Shown: positions 1 to 9,732 of the stretch, piece by piece
How the letters are laid out: the number at the start of each line of letters is the position of its first letter
Position numbering within the stretch: position 1 is the first letter of the stretch
NCBI GenBank assembly: GCA_963822965.1
Contig: CAWGJT010000010.1
Location: 288,001 to 352,000 of the forward strand
DNA length: 64,000 nt
Reading direction: 5' to 3'
DNA from: an uncultured delta proteobacterium
GTDB taxonomy: Bacteria > Myxococcota_A > UBA9160 > UBA4427
Translations under genes and position numbers: made by a program
Notes under the pieces: model-generated
What the model was told of the DNA's origin: nothing
What the model saw: the letters and a program-made list of their open reading frames with translations, nothing else
Databases searched by the model: none

Positions 1-42
1 GTGGGTCTGACCGACTCCGATCACGGCACATCGCTCGGGCAT
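1..42 (-). CDS. Thiolase-like (Ltp3-type) protein, N-terminal fragment running off the window
   Basis: ATG at 42 overlaps the upstream TGA; reads MPERCAVIGVGQTH, a typical thiolase-domain N-terminus. Only 14 codons visible. Confidence 0.6.
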   Translation of the reverse strand, partial: MPERCAVIGVGQTH

Positions 43-1097
43 CACTCGGCCTCCAGTACGCACACGAGGTTCTGTTGCAGGCAGGGGCCCGACGTGGCGT
101 GGGCGATGCCGCGCCCGGCCCGGCCCGCGGCGATGTAGCTCGCCGCTTCGCCGATGCGGGTCAGCCCGGCCGTCATCATGGGGTTCGCGGCCAGGGCCCC
201 GCCCGAGGGGTTCAGGGTGACCTCGTCGCCGAGCCCGAGGGCCTCGCGCAGGATCACCTCCTGGTGGGTGAAGGGCGCGTGCAGCTCCGCGAACTCCACG
301 GGCCCGTCGTGCGCACCTGCCTTCTCGCCGGCGAGCTTCGTGGAGGGGCTCACCGTGAGGTCGCGGCCGCCGAGCTGGTGCGGGTCCAGCCGGTGATCGA
401 TTCCACGGATGAAGACCGGCTTCGAAGCGCCCCGACCGATCGCGTCCCCCGCCACGAGCACGGCCGCCGAGACGCCGTCCGAGATGGGCGGGCAATCGTG
501 CTTGCGGAGAGGGGACACGAGGTAGGGGTCGGCCAGCAGCTTGTCCACCTCGAAGTCCCCGGTGACCTGGGCGTTGGGGTTGCTCTTCGCCTGGGCGCGA
601 TTGCGGACGGCGATCTCGGCCATCTCTCGCTCGCTGGTGCGGCCGGCGTCGATCAGGGCGCGCGCCTGGAGGGCGGCCATGCTGATGGCGTCGACGCCCA
701 GGGGCGCGAGCGTGTAGGGGTCGAGCTGGAGGTTCATGGTCTCCGGCAGGTTGCCCATGGATGCCCGCCCGAAGCCGAAGACCAGCGCCGAGTCGCACTC
801 GCCGCACTGGATCTTCACCCACGCCTCGTAGAGCGCCCACGCCGAGTCCATCTCCACGTGGGACTCGGCGATGGGCGGCCAGGCGCCGAGCGCGTCGACG
901 GCGCCGACGAAGGCGAAGGACTGGCCGGCCAGGTAGTCCGAGCTGCCGTGGCACGTGAAGCCGATCTCCCGCTTGGGGACGCCGGACTTCTCGATCGCCT
1001 CCCGCACCACGGGGATGATCATGTCCACCTCGCTCAGGCGGTTCTGGCTGCGCACGTACTTCGTCTGGGCGAAGGACGCGATGGCGACGTCGCGCAT
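42..1097 (-). CDS. Thiolase-domain / lipid-transfer-like protein (Ltp4-like)
   Basis: MRDVAIASFAQT..., HVEMDSAWALYEAW, DCPPISDG, NPSGGAL, HATSGPCLQQN motifs; start overlaps the stop of the upstream gene. Confidence 0.85.
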   Translation of the reverse strand: MRDVAIASFAQTKYVRSQNRLSEVDMIIPVVREAIEKSGVPKREIGFTCHGSSDYLAGQSFAFVGAVDALGAWPPIAESHVEMDSAWALYEAWVKIQCGECDSALVFGFGRASMGNLPETMNLQLDPYTLAPLGVDAISMAALQARALIDAGRTSEREMAEIAVRNRAQAKSNPNAQVTGDFEVDKLLADPYLVSPLRKHDCPPISDGVSAAVLVAGDAIGRGASKPVFIRGIDHRLDPHQLGGRDLTVSPSTKLAGEKAGAHDGPVEFAELHAPFTHQEVILREALGLGDEVTLNPSGGALAANPMMTAGLTRIGEAASYIAAGRAGRGIAHATSGPCLQQNLVCVLEAE

Positions 1098-1603
1098 CAG
1101 ATGTGCTCCTTGAACTTCTCGAAGGGGACGTCCGGCTCGCCGGTCGGCTTGAAGTAGCGGATGTTCTCCGCCGACGGACCCCATTCGGATTCGGGCTTCC
1201 AGACCGCCTGTACCCGCATGCCCATGCGGACGTCGTGGTAGTCGCACTCCTGGATCAGTCCGAAGAAGGGGATGTCCGCGCCGTCCAGCAGGATCTGCGC
1301 CGTGCAGTAGGGCAGCTCGAGATCGATGTTGTCGGAGGGCACCCGCACGATGCTGAAGGTGGTCACGGTCCCGCGGTCGCTCACCTCCGTCTCGCCCTCG
1401 GTGGCCACGCCGCAGCGGGCGCAGGCGCCGCTCGGCGGGACGTACACCTTGTGACACTGGGGGCAGGTCTGCCCGACGATGCGTCCCTTCTCGATGTTGC
1501 GCAGGTAGATCTGGACCGCGGGGCCGGGCGTGTAGGTGTAGGCGGTGCGCGTGGGGGTGACGATGCTCCTGACGGGCTCGTCGTTCGCTTGACTCGGGCT
1601 CAT
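1097..1603 (-). CDS. Zn-ribbon/OB-fold (DUF35) protein
   Basis: CPQC...CARC zinc ribbon, GTVTTFS, VRMGMRVQAVW OB-fold signature. Confidence 0.85.
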   Translation of the reverse strand: MSPSQANDEPVRSIVTPTRTAYTYTPGPAVQIYLRNIEKGRIVGQTCPQCHKVYVPPSGACARCGVATEGETEVSDRGTVTTFSIVRVPSDNIDLELPYCTAQILLDGADIPFFGLIQECDYHDVRMGMRVQAVWKPESEWGPSAENIRYFKPTGEPDVPFEKFKEHI

Positions 1604-2052
1604 GCCGTCTCCTCGGGAACGAAGCTCACGATGTCGCCGATGGCCCCGATCGTCTCGTCGGCCCACTTCGCGGTGACGCGCATGCCGGTCTTCATACCGG
1701 ACTCGGACCCGGCGTCGACCGCGTGAACCAGGGAGGTGTCGGCGCCGTCGAGCTGGATCAGGGCGAACGCGAAGGGGTGATCGAGCACGTGCCGCTCGCG
1801 CGGCGCACTCACCCAGGCCCAGCTCCGCACGGTTCCGCCCGGTCCGACCTCGACCCATTCGTCCGTGGTGGCCTCGCCGTTCTCGGGGTCGTACTCCGCC
1901 GGCGGGACGAGCACGCGTCCCGCCCGGGTGCGGACCGCCTCGATTCGGCGATCCCGCAGACCGGTGAAGAAGCGGCTCAACACCGAGCCGAGGGACCGGC
2001 GGTAGTCGTAGGCGAGGACGTGCGGAGCGGAGAGCAGCTCGGGCTCTGCCAT
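1600..2052 (-). CDS. OB-fold (DUF35-like) protein lacking Zn cysteines
   Basis: MAEPELLSAP...YRRSLG...VLVPPAEYDP...GTVRSWAW...GMRVTAKW; resembles the N-terminal half of Rv3521-like proteins. Confidence 0.8.
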   Translation of the reverse strand: MAEPELLSAPHVLAYDYRRSLGSVLSRFFTGLRDRRIEAVRTRAGRVLVPPAEYDPENGEATTDEWVEVGPGGTVRSWAWVSAPRERHVLDHPFAFALIQLDGADTSLVHAVDAGSESGMKTGMRVTAKWADETIGAIGDIVSFVPEETA

Positions 2053-2132
2053 TCGGGCCTCCGGGCGCATGGATCGGTGCTCCCACCCGGGCGGGAATCC
2101 GCAGGGGGGAGCTGGATCGTGGGCGGCCGAGA

Positions 2133-2148
2133 GTAGAACACGTTCTAC
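2133..2148. promoter_or_regulatory. Palindromic operator matching the KstR consensus TnnAACnnGTTnnA
   Basis: GTAGAAC-AC-GTTCTAC perfect inverted repeat about 80 bp upstream of the DUF35/thiolase cluster. Confidence 0.65.
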
Positions 2149-2329
2149 AGGTGCAACAGCCGGCCCGGGTGCGCGCGACGACCGCCAGGGGCGCGGGGGC
2201 CGGCCCGGTGCCATCGAGAGGCGAGGGCCCGAAGTGCCGTCGTGGCGCTGCCATCGAGGGCGCGGAGACTCGAGGCACCTCGACCGGGATCCGAGGGAGG
2301 ATCGGCGGGGGAGGGGAGAGAGAGCCGCG

Positions 2330-2405
2330 TGGTGGAGCTGGCGGGAATCGAACCCGCGACCTCCTGAATGCCATTCAGGCACTCTCCCAACTGAGCTACA
2401 GCCCC
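2330..2405 (-). tRNA. tRNA-Ala (GGC)
   Basis: GGGGCTGTAGCTCAGTTGGGAGAG...GGC anticodon...GGTTCGATTCCC...CCA; 76-nt cloverleaf. Confidence 0.97.
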
Positions 2406-2417
2406 ACGCGGCGGCGG

Positions 2418-2446
2418 AAGCTACCGCCGCCGGGAGGGTGTGTCAA
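2418..2446 (-). promoter_or_regulatory. Sigma70-type promoter for tRNA-Ala
   Basis: TTGACA-17 bp-TAGCTT on the minus strand just upstream of the tRNA. Confidence 0.65.
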
Positions 2447-2518
2447 AGCGGGCTGACCGCCCCGGGGTGCTGCCCGGCGTTTCCTCCCGCGGGTGTCTGT
2501 TATGCTTCGCCGCCGCGC

Positions 2519-2605
2519 GCCGGAGTGGCGAAACTGGTATACGCAGGGGACTCAAAATCCCCCGGCCTCACGGCCGTGCGGGTTCGACTCCCGCCTCCGG
2601 CACCA
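2519..2605 (+). tRNA. tRNA-Leu (CAA)
   Basis: GCCGGAGTGGCGAAACTGGTATACGC; anticodon arm GGGGA-CT-CAA-AA-TCCCC; long variable arm; TTCGA loop; CCA end. Confidence 0.96.
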
Positions 2606-2796
2606 GCTCCATCGGTGCCCGCAAGGGGACGGGGAAGTCGGGAAACGAGGAACCCCGGCCCGCGGGCGGCCATCGAAGGGGGTCGCCTCCCGATGGGGCG
2701 GGCGCCCCCGAGCGCGGGTCGATGATCGAGTTTCGCGTCCCATGGCCGGGTCGCCCAGGAATCTGCAGGACGCAGGACATGAAGGAGATCTCCAAG

Positions 2797-3135
2797 ATGC
2801 GCCATCTCGCCTCCCGTATCGCCGTCGTCGCCGCCACTGCCGTGCTTGCCCTCGCACTCGTGCCGTCCATCGCTTCGGCGCAGATGCGCGAGTTCACGGG
2901 CCGGATCGACAAGATCAACAAGAAGCAGATGATCGTCGACAATCGCATGGGCGATAAGGTCAAGTTCATGTTCGCGAAGGGGGAGACCGTGGTCGAAGGC
3001 AAGAAGACCGACTGGGGCAAGCTCAAGACCAAGGACTGGGTGACGGTCTCCTGGAAGTTCGTGGACAAGCCGCGCAAGGCCTACAAGGTCCTCGTCTTCG
3101 ACAAGAAGGAAGACGAGGGCGAGGAGGTCGACTGA
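2797..3135 (+). CDS. Small secreted hypothetical protein (probable beta-barrel/OB-like)
   Basis: AAGGAG RBS; signal peptide ending ASA-Q; Lys-rich mature part with an acidic tail. Confidence 0.75.
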   Translation: MRHLASRIAVVAATAVLALALVPSIASAQMREFTGRIDKINKKQMIVDNRMGDKVKFMFAKGETVVEGKKTDWGKLKTKDWVTVSWKFVDKPRKAYKVLVFDKKEDEGEEVD

Positions 3136-3192
3136 CGAATCCGCAGGATTCGTCTGCGCGCGGGCAGGCCGACCCATCCCGGGTCGGCCTGC
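3136..3192. repeat. Dispersed REP-like double-hairpin element, copy 1
   Basis: CGAATCC-GCA-GGATTCG plus GCAGGCCGACCC-ATCCC-GGGTCGGCCTGC-type hairpin; near-identical copy at 27199-27252. Confidence 0.75.
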
Positions 3193-3271
3193 GGCCCGGG
3201 GCGGCCCGGGAGCCCGCTGGGATCGCCCCCGGGCGGGGGCCTTCGCGGTGGGGCGAGGGGTCGGATAGGCT

Positions 3272-4660
3272 GTGGACGTGGCTCGCGATTCCACCTCTCC
3301 CTCCGCTTCCCCTGCGCGGCCGGTCTCCGAGGCGCGGCCTGTTTCTGAGGCGCGGCCTGCTTCTGAGGCGCGGCCTGCTTCTGAGGCGCGGCCTGCTTCT
3401 GAGGCGCGGCCGCTCTCCAAGGCGCCGCCTGCTTCGGAGGCGCGGCCGCTTTCCAAGGCGCCGCCTGCTTCGGAGGCGCGGCCGCTTTCCAAGGCGCCGT
3501 CTGCTTCTGAGGCGCCGCCGCTCCGCCCGGACCAGTTCGATCGGTATCGGCGGCATCTGAGCCTTCCGGACTTCGGCTTGGAGGGGCAGCAGAAGCTGCT
3601 CGGCTCCCGGGTCCTGCTGATCGGCGTGGGCGGGCTGGGCTGTCCCGTGGCCCTCTACCTCTCCGCGGCCGGCGTCGGCCATCTCGGTCTCGTGGACGAC
3701 GACGTCGTCGACGCCTCGAATCTGCAGCGCCAGGTGCTCTACTCGACGGCGGACGTCGGCCGGCCCAAGGTGGAGGTCGCCGGCGAGCGCATCCGCGCCC
3801 TCAACCCGGACGTGGACGTCGTGGGCCATCGCATCCGACTCGATTCCAGCAATGCCCTCGAGCTGTTCGCCTCCTACGACGTGGTCGTGGACGGGACCGA
3901 CAACTTCCCCACCCGCTACCTGTCGAACGACGCCTGCGTGCTGCTCGGCAAGCCGAACGTCTATGGCTCGATCTTCCGCTTCGAGGGCCAGGTGACGGTC
4001 TTCGATTCGCGCCACGGTCCCTGCTATCGCTGCTTGTACCCGTCGCCGCCCCCGCCCGGCGCGGCTCCGTCGTGCGAGGAGGGGGGCGTCCTGGGTGTGC
4101 TGCCGGGGATCATCGCCATGCTTCAGGCCACCGAGACCGTGAAGCTGCTGGCGGGCATCGGATCTTCGCTGGTGGGGCGCCTTCTGCTCTACGACGCGCT
4201 CCACCTCGAGTTCAACGAGTTCAGGCTCCGCAAGGATCCCAAGTGCCCGGTCTGCGGCGAGCACCCGACGGTGACGGAGCTCGTCGACTACGAGGGGTTC
4301 TGTGGCCTGCCGGCTCGCGAGGGCGAGGCCCCGACGGCGCGCTCCGTCTCGGCATTCGAGGTCGAGCGCCGGCGCGCGCGGGGCGAGGACCTCCTCCTGC
4401 TGGACGTGCGCAGCCCCGAAGAGTTCGAGCGGGCGCGCATCGAAGGCGCCACCCTGATTCCGGTGGGCGAGCTCGAGGGTCGGATCGAGGAGCTGTCCGC
4501 GTACCGGGATCGACCCGTCGTCGTCCACTGCCACCACGGGTCGCGCAGCCGCCGGGCCTGCGAGCTGCTGGGGGCCCGGGGCTTCTCGAAGGTGGAGGAC
4601 CTCGCGGGCGGCATCGAGGCGTGGTCGCTCACCGTCGACCCCGGCGTCCCGCGCTACTGA
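3272..4660 (+). CDS. moeB: MoeB/MoeZ-type adenylyltransferase with C-terminal rhodanese domain
   Basis: RYRRHL, GVGGLG, DVVDASNLQRQ, PCYRCLYP, CPVCG, rhodanese CHHGSRS; N-terminal repeat extension. Start approximate. Confidence 0.9.
   Translation: MDVARDSTSPSASPARPVSEARPVSEARPASEARPASEARPASEARPLSKAPPASEARPLSKAPPASEARPLSKAPSASEAPPLRPDQFDRYRRHLSLPDFGLEGQQKLLGSRVLLIGVGGLGCPVALYLSAAGVGHLGLVDDDVVDASNLQRQVLYSTADVGRPKVEVAGERIRALNPDVDVVGHRIRLDSSNALELFASYDVVVDGTDNFPTRYLSNDACVLLGKPNVYGSIFRFEGQVTVFDSRHGPCYRCLYPSPPPPGAAPSCEEGGVLGVLPGIIAMLQATETVKLLAGIGSSLVGRLLLYDALHLEFNEFRLRKDPKCPVCGEHPTVTELVDYEGFCGLPAREGEAPTARSVSAFEVERRRARGEDLLLLDVRSPEEFERARIEGATLIPVGELEGRIEELSAYRDRPVVVHCHHGSRSRRACELLGARGFSKVEDLAGGIEAWSLTVDPGVPRY
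3313..3520 (+). repeat. In-frame tandem repeat (18-bp and 36-bp units) encoding PASEAR / PLSKAPPASEAR
   Basis: Repeated gaggcgcggcctgcttct units at the 5' end of moeB. Confidence 0.9.
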
Positions 4661-4708
4661 AACCCGAACGGCCGCCGGGGCGCGTCTCCGGAGCTGGAGC
4701 CTTCCGCC

Positions 4709-5053
4709 ATGGCAAAGAGCCGCATTCCCGATTCCCTCTCGCGCCGCCACCTGCTCGAACGCGACCTGCCCCCCAGCCAGGCGCTCGAGATCGCCGAGGC
4801 CTACCTCGAGGAGGACCGGATCCCCGAGTCGGTGTTTTTCCTGCGCAAGGCCGGAGCGGACGACCGACTGGAGGAGCTGGCCGCGCGCGCCATCGAGACG
4901 GGGGACGTCTTCCTGCTGACCGAGGTCTCGCGAGCCCGGCGCCAGGAGCCCGGGCCGGAGGTCTGGGAGCGCCTCGCCGAGGCGGCTGGGCGCCACGGCA
5001 AGCAGCTCTACGCCGAGGCGGCCATCCGACAGGCGCAGCGGGCCGAGGACTGA
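4709..5053 (+). CDS. Hypothetical alpha-helical protein
   Basis: 114-aa ORF with GGAG RBS and genome-typical codon usage, between moeB and uvrA. Confidence 0.7.
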   Translation: MAKSRIPDSLSRRHLLERDLPPSQALEIAEAYLEEDRIPESVFFLRKAGADDRLEELAARAIETGDVFLLTEVSRARRQEPGPEVWERLAEAAGRHGKQLYAEAAIRQAQRAED

Positions 5054-5085
5054 GCCGGCCGGCTGCCCCGTCGCGCGATCCGTCC

Positions 5086-7938
5086 ATGCCCCAGACCGAG
5101 ATCCGGATCGAGAACGCCCGCTCCCACAATCTCAAGGGGGTGAGCTGTCGCATCCCGCTGCGCCGACTCACCGTGGTGAGCGGCGTGTCCGGCTCGGGCA
5201 AGTCCAGCCTCGCCTTCCACACCCTCTACGCCGAGGGGCAGCGGCGCTACGTGAGCTCGCTGTCGACCTACGCGCGCCAGTTCCTGGAGCGCCTGGCGCG
5301 ACCCGAGGTGGACTCGATCTCGAACCTGCCTCCCGCCATCGCCATCGAGCAGCGCAACACGGTGTCGAACGCGCGCTCGACCGTGGGGACCGCGACCGAG
5401 ATCGTCGATCACCTGCGGATCCTGTTCGCGAAGATCGGCGAGACGCGCTGCCCGGACTGCGACCGGAAGGTCTCGCTCGGAACGGCCAGCCGCGTCGCGG
5501 AGACGCTGCTGGAGGCGCGGCCGGGGCACCGCGTCTCCCTGGGCGCCCCGCTGGAGGCGGCGCCGGAGCCGGACGCGCGCGGCCTGCGCGAGCGGCTGCT
5601 GCGGGACGGTCACACCCGGCTGCTCGACGCGGACGATCGGGTGCTCGACCTGGCGGATCTCGACGCCGCGGCCCTGGAGGGCGTTCGCGGCTCTGCGTTG
5701 GTGCTGGTCGACCGGCTGCGCGTCCCGGAAGCCGAGGGTCGCGAGGAAGGCCGCGCGCGCCTCGCGGAGGCGGCCGCGGCGGCCTTCGCCCTCGCCGACG
5801 GGCAGCTGGTGGTGGTCGACGCCACCCCGGCGCCGCCCTCGCGCACGGGATTCCGAGAGGGCTTCCGGTGCGACGGGTGCGGGCGGCGCTTCCCGACCCC
5901 GTCGCCGCCGCTCTTCTCGTTCAACTCGCCCCTCGGTGCGTGCGAGACCTGTCAGGGCTTCGGGCGGGTCGCCGGGATCGACTTCGACCGCGTGGTTCCC
6001 GACCCCGCGAAGAGCCTCGCGGACGGGGCCATCGCACCGTTCACCACGCGCATGGGGCGCCACCTGCAGCGCGACCTGGTGGCGGCCTGCCGCGAAGAGG
6101 GCGTTCCCACGGACGTGCCCTTCGCGGAGCTCGACCCCGCCCAGCGCGCCTTCGTCGTGGACGGGGACGAGGACCGCGGCGGCGAGTGGTACGGCGTGCG
6201 GGGCTTCTTCGAGTGGCTCGAGCGGCGACGCTACAAGGTGCAGGCGCGCAGCCTGATCGCGCGCTATCGCCGCTACGACCCGTGCCCCGACTGCGGCGGT
6301 GCGCGCCTGTGCGCCGACGCCCTGTGCGTGCGGGTGGCGGGACGTACCATCGCGCAGGTGTGCCGCGACACGATCGAGGAGCTGCGGGCGTGGCTCGCGG
6401 GCCTGTCCCTGACGCCCGGGCAGACACAGCGCGTGGGACGCCTCGTCGAGGGGCTTCGCGCTCGAGTGGAGACCGTCTACGCGGTGGGCCTCGACTACGT
6501 GAACCTGGACCGGCAGACGCGCACCCTGTCGGGCGGCGAGGCCCAGCGCATCCAGCTCGCCACGGCGCTCGGCGGCCGTCTCACCAGCTCGCTCTACGTG
6601 CTCGACGAGCCCTCCGTCGGGCTGCACGCGCGCGACGTCGAACGGCTCGTGCAGGTGCTGCTGGCGATCCGAGATCACGGCAACACCGTCGTCGTGGTCG
6701 AGCACGCGCCGGAGATCGTCTCCCGGGCGGATCACGTGATCGACCTCGGTCCCGGCGCGGGCCGCGCCGGCGGCTCCCTCGTCGTCGAGGGCAGCGTGGC
6801 CGAGGTGGCCGCGCACGAGGCTTCCTGGACGGGACGCGCCCTGCGAGGCGAGCTGCGCCTCCCGGCGCGGCGAGCCCCCCGCAAGGCTCTCGGCACGCTG
6901 CGCATCGTCGGCGCCCGGGAGCACAACCTGCAGGCGATCGACGTCGCGCTGCCGCTGGGTCAGCTGGTGGTCGTCAGCGGTGTGTCCGGCGCGGGCAAGT
7001 CGACCCTCGTCGAGCGCGTGCTCGTGGGCAACCTGCTGGCCCTGCGCGACGAGGGAGAGGCCGGGCAGCGGGGAGAGCCCGGCGCCTGCGACCGCATCGA
7101 GGGCGCCGGGGCGATCGAATCCGTGCTGGTGGTCGACCAGCGGCCGTCCTCGCGCAGCCCCCGATCGAACCCGGCCACGGTCTCGAAGGCCTTCGACGCC
7201 ATCCGCGCGCGCTTCGCGGCGACCCGCGAGGCGAAGGCGTTGGGGGTTCCTCCGGGCTGGTTCTCCTTCAACGTCGCGGGCGGACGTTGCGAGACCTGCG
7301 AGGGCGCCGGCGAGGTGGTGATCGACATGCAGTTCCTCGACGACCTGCGGGTTCCGTGCGAGGTGTGCGGCGGCAGCCGCTACCGGCGCGAGGTGCTGCA
7401 GGTGCACCTGGACGGGCGCTCCATCACGGACGTCCTCGCGCTCACCCTGGACGAGGCGATGGAGGTCTTCGCGGGCGATCGCCGCATCGCCGGACGGCTC
7501 GAGCCCTTCGTCCGCGTGGGCCTGGGCTACCTGCAGCTGGGCCAGTCGCTCGCCACCCTGTCCGGCGGCGAGCACCAGCGGGTGCGCCTGGCCCAGGCGT
7601 TGGTCCGGCCTGCGGGGGGCCGGCGTCCCGGCACCCGGCTGGTCGTCCTCGACGAGCCCACCACGGGGCTCCACCCGGCCGACGTGCGGGTGCTCATGGG
7701 CTGCCTCGAGGCGCTGATCGAGGAGGGCGACAGCGTCCTGGTCGTCGAGCACAACCTGGACGTCGTCCGCCGGGCCGACTTCGTGCTCGACCTGGGGCCC
7801 GGAGCGGGCCCGCACGGGGGGCGCGTGGTGGCCGCGGGGACCCCCGACGAGGTCGCGGCGACCCCCGGATCCGCGACGGGGGCCGCCCTGCGCGCCAGCG
7901 GGGCCCCGGCCGCCCCCGCGCCCCGGCCCGGGGCCTGA
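5086..7938 (+). CDS. uvrA: Excinuclease ABC subunit A
   Basis: ARSHNLK; two Walker A motifs ([18 protein letters not shown]); LSGGE signatures; CxxC zinc fingers; LDEPS/LDEPT. Confidence 0.93.
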   Translation: MPQTEIRIENARSHNLKGVSCRIPLRRLTVVSGVSGSGKSSLAFHTLYAEGQRRYVSSLSTYARQFLERLARPEVDSISNLPPAIAIEQRNTVSNARSTVGTATEIVDHLRILFAKIGETRCPDCDRKVSLGTASRVAETLLEARPGHRVSLGAPLEAAPEPDARGLRERLLRDGHTRLLDADDRVLDLADLDAAALEGVRGSALVLVDRLRVPEAEGREEGRARLAEAAAAAFALADGQLVVVDATPAPPSRTGFREGFRCDGCGRRFPTPSPPLFSFNSPLGACETCQGFGRVAGIDFDRVVPDPAKSLADGAIAPFTTRMGRHLQRDLVAACREEGVPTDVPFAELDPAQRAFVVDGDEDRGGEWYGVRGFFEWLERRRYKVQARSLIARYRRYDPCPDCGGARLCADALCVRVAGRTIAQVCRDTIEELRAWLAGLSLTPGQTQRVGRLVEGLRARVETVYAVGLDYVNLDRQTRTLSGGEAQRIQLATALGGRLTSSLYVLDEPSVGLHARDVERLVQVLLAIRDHGNTVVVVEHAPEIVSRADHVIDLGPGAGRAGGSLVVEGSVAEVAAHEASWTGRALRGELRLPARRAPRKALGTLRIVGAREHNLQAIDVALPLGQLVVVSGVSGAGKSTLVERVLVGNLLALRDEGEAGQRGEPGACDRIEGAGAIESVLVVDQRPSSRSPRSNPATVSKAFDAIRARFAATREAKALGVPPGWFSFNVAGGRCETCEGAGEVVIDMQFLDDLRVPCEVCGGSRYRREVLQVHLDGRSITDVLALTLDEAMEVFAGDRRIAGRLEPFVRVGLGYLQLGQSLATLSGGEHQRVRLAQALVRPAGGRRPGTRLVVLDEPTTGLHPADVRVLMGCLEALIEEGDSVLVVEHNLDVVRRADFVLDLGPGAGPHGGRVVAAGTPDEVAATPGSATGAALRASGAPAAPAPRPGA

Positions 7939-8016
7939 TCGGGCGCCTTCCGGCGCTCGAATCGAGCCTCGGGTTCTCTCAACCGGGAGACCGGATCCGC
8001 CGATATTGGCAGGGCC

Positions 8017-9303
8017 ATGACGCGAACTTCCGCCCCCGAGGATGGAGCCGCGGGGCAGGGCCCCGGCCCGGCGGCCGAGGTCCGTTCGTACCCCGAGCAC
8101 AACGAGGCGATCGGCGCCGCACTGCGGCGGACCGGCGCCGTCGGGGTGATCCTCATCGACGCCAGCGCCCTCGAGATTCTCGAGCGACGCTACGGCGTCC
8201 AGGCGTATCGGAATGCGCGACAGAAGCTCTGCGACCTGATCGAGGAGTCGTGCCAGGAGACCCTCTCCGAGGACGACGTGATCGCCACCACGGGCGACGG
8301 CAGCTGTGACGAGGTGGTGGTGCTGCTCTTCCGTCCCTGGCAGCAGGGGCGCTTCTATCGCGACCGGCTCCCGCACGTCGCGCGCCATCTGGCCCAGTGC
8401 CTTGCCGAGCACGGGGGCCGCTGCGTGTACCCGTACGTGCGGGAGGCGCCGATGCTGCCCGTCGGCGAGGGGTTCGCGCTCTACAACCCCGGTCTGCGCG
8501 AGGTGCGGCAGGTCCGCGAGGCCGTCAAGCGCGCCCGGGCGGACGCGGACCTGAACGCGCGCATCGCGTCCCGCACGCGCTCGAAGCGATTCACCGACCT
8601 GCTCCTCTCCGAGGACGTCACGATCCTCTACGAGCCCATCCTGAACGTCACCACCCGGGAGGTGCGGGGCTACGAGGGGCTCGCACGCGGCCCCTGGGAC
8701 TCGGACCTGCACTCTCCCGGCGCGCTCTTCGAGATGGCCGAGGAGACCGACCTGCTCTTCGAGCTGGACTGCCTGTGCCGCCGCCTGGCGCTGCGCGGCG
8801 CGCGAGGCCTGCAGCCCGGCAAGCTCCTCTTCCTGAACTGCCTGCCCACGGCGATCCACGACCCCAGCTTCCGCGGTGACGTGCTCCGCCGCACCCTGGA
8901 AGACCTGCGGCTGCGGCCGAGCGACGTCGTGTTCGAGATCTCGGAGCGAGAGTCGATCCACAACTTCGACATCTTTCGGGAAGCGCGTGACTACTACGGC
9001 GAGCTGGGGTTCAAGGTCGCGCTGGACGACACCGGCGTGGGCTACGGAAGCCTGGAGGCCGTGATGGAGCTGGCGCCGGACTTCATCAAGGTGGACCAGT
9101 CCCTCGTGCGCGGCGTCGACACCGATCCGCCGCGGCAGGAGCTGCTGCGCGCGCTGAACGCAGTGGCGGGCAAGCTCAAGGCGGAGATCATCGCCGAGGG
9201 CATCGAGACGAGCGAAGAGCTGGCGACGATCCAGGCCCTCGGCATTCCCTACGGACAGGGCTATCTCTTCGGTCGTGCGGCGCCCCTGCGCCGCAGCGTC
9301 TGA
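8017..9303 (+). CDS. EAL-domain c-di-GMP phosphodiesterase with degenerate GGDEF-like N-terminal region
   Basis: EGLARG, FLN, FEISE, ALDDTGVGY, IKVD, AEGIET, QGYLF; GSCDE in place of GGDEF. Confidence 0.88.
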   Translation: MTRTSAPEDGAAGQGPGPAAEVRSYPEHNEAIGAALRRTGAVGVILIDASALEILERRYGVQAYRNARQKLCDLIEESCQETLSEDDVIATTGDGSCDEVVVLLFRPWQQGRFYRDRLPHVARHLAQCLAEHGGRCVYPYVREAPMLPVGEGFALYNPGLREVRQVREAVKRARADADLNARIASRTRSKRFTDLLLSEDVTILYEPILNVTTREVRGYEGLARGPWDSDLHSPGALFEMAEETDLLFELDCLCRRLALRGARGLQPGKLLFLNCLPTAIHDPSFRGDVLRRTLEDLRLRPSDVVFEISERESIHNFDIFREARDYYGELGFKVALDDTGVGYGSLEAVMELAPDFIKVDQSLVRGVDTDPPRQELLRALNAVAGKLKAEIIAEGIETSEELATIQALGIPYGQGYLFGRAAPLRRSV

Positions 9304-9338
9304 GCTCCCCCTCCGCGCGGTCTGGTAGACTCGCCGAG

Positions 9339-9698
9339 GTGGATCGCGCGCGACCCCCGGACGACATTCCGCCTTCCGACTTCTTCCTTCGCTGGGTGCC
9401 GGAGGCCGTGGCGCGGGACGCGCACCGGCAGGAACGTCTGGGCGACACCGAGGCGATCATCGTCTTCGAGCTCACGGGTCCGGAAGGCGGGTTCTACACC
9501 GTCGCCATCGCCGGAGGGGTCGTCGAGGGCCGGGAAGGCGCCGTCGCCGAGCCCGACCTGCGGGTCGAGCTCGACGTGGCCACCTGGCGCCTGCTGAACC
9601 GCGGCGAGCTGTCGGCGCCCGAGGCCCTGCTGAGGCGCCGGCTCCACTTCCACGGCAGCCTGCTGCTGGGCCTCAAGCTGCATTTCATTCTCGGCTGA
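9339..9698 (+). CDS. SCP2 sterol-binding domain protein
   Basis: IVFELTGPEGGFYTV...PDLRVEL...GELSAPEALLRRRLHFHG pattern. Confidence 0.75.
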   Translation: MDRARPPDDIPPSDFFLRWVPEAVARDAHRQERLGDTEAIIVFELTGPEGGFYTVAIAGGVVEGREGAVAEPDLRVELDVATWRLLNRGELSAPEALLRRRLHFHGSLLLGLKLHFILG

Positions 9699-9732
9699 CC
9701 CGGGCTGAAGGCTCGGTTGCGGGGCCGAATGC

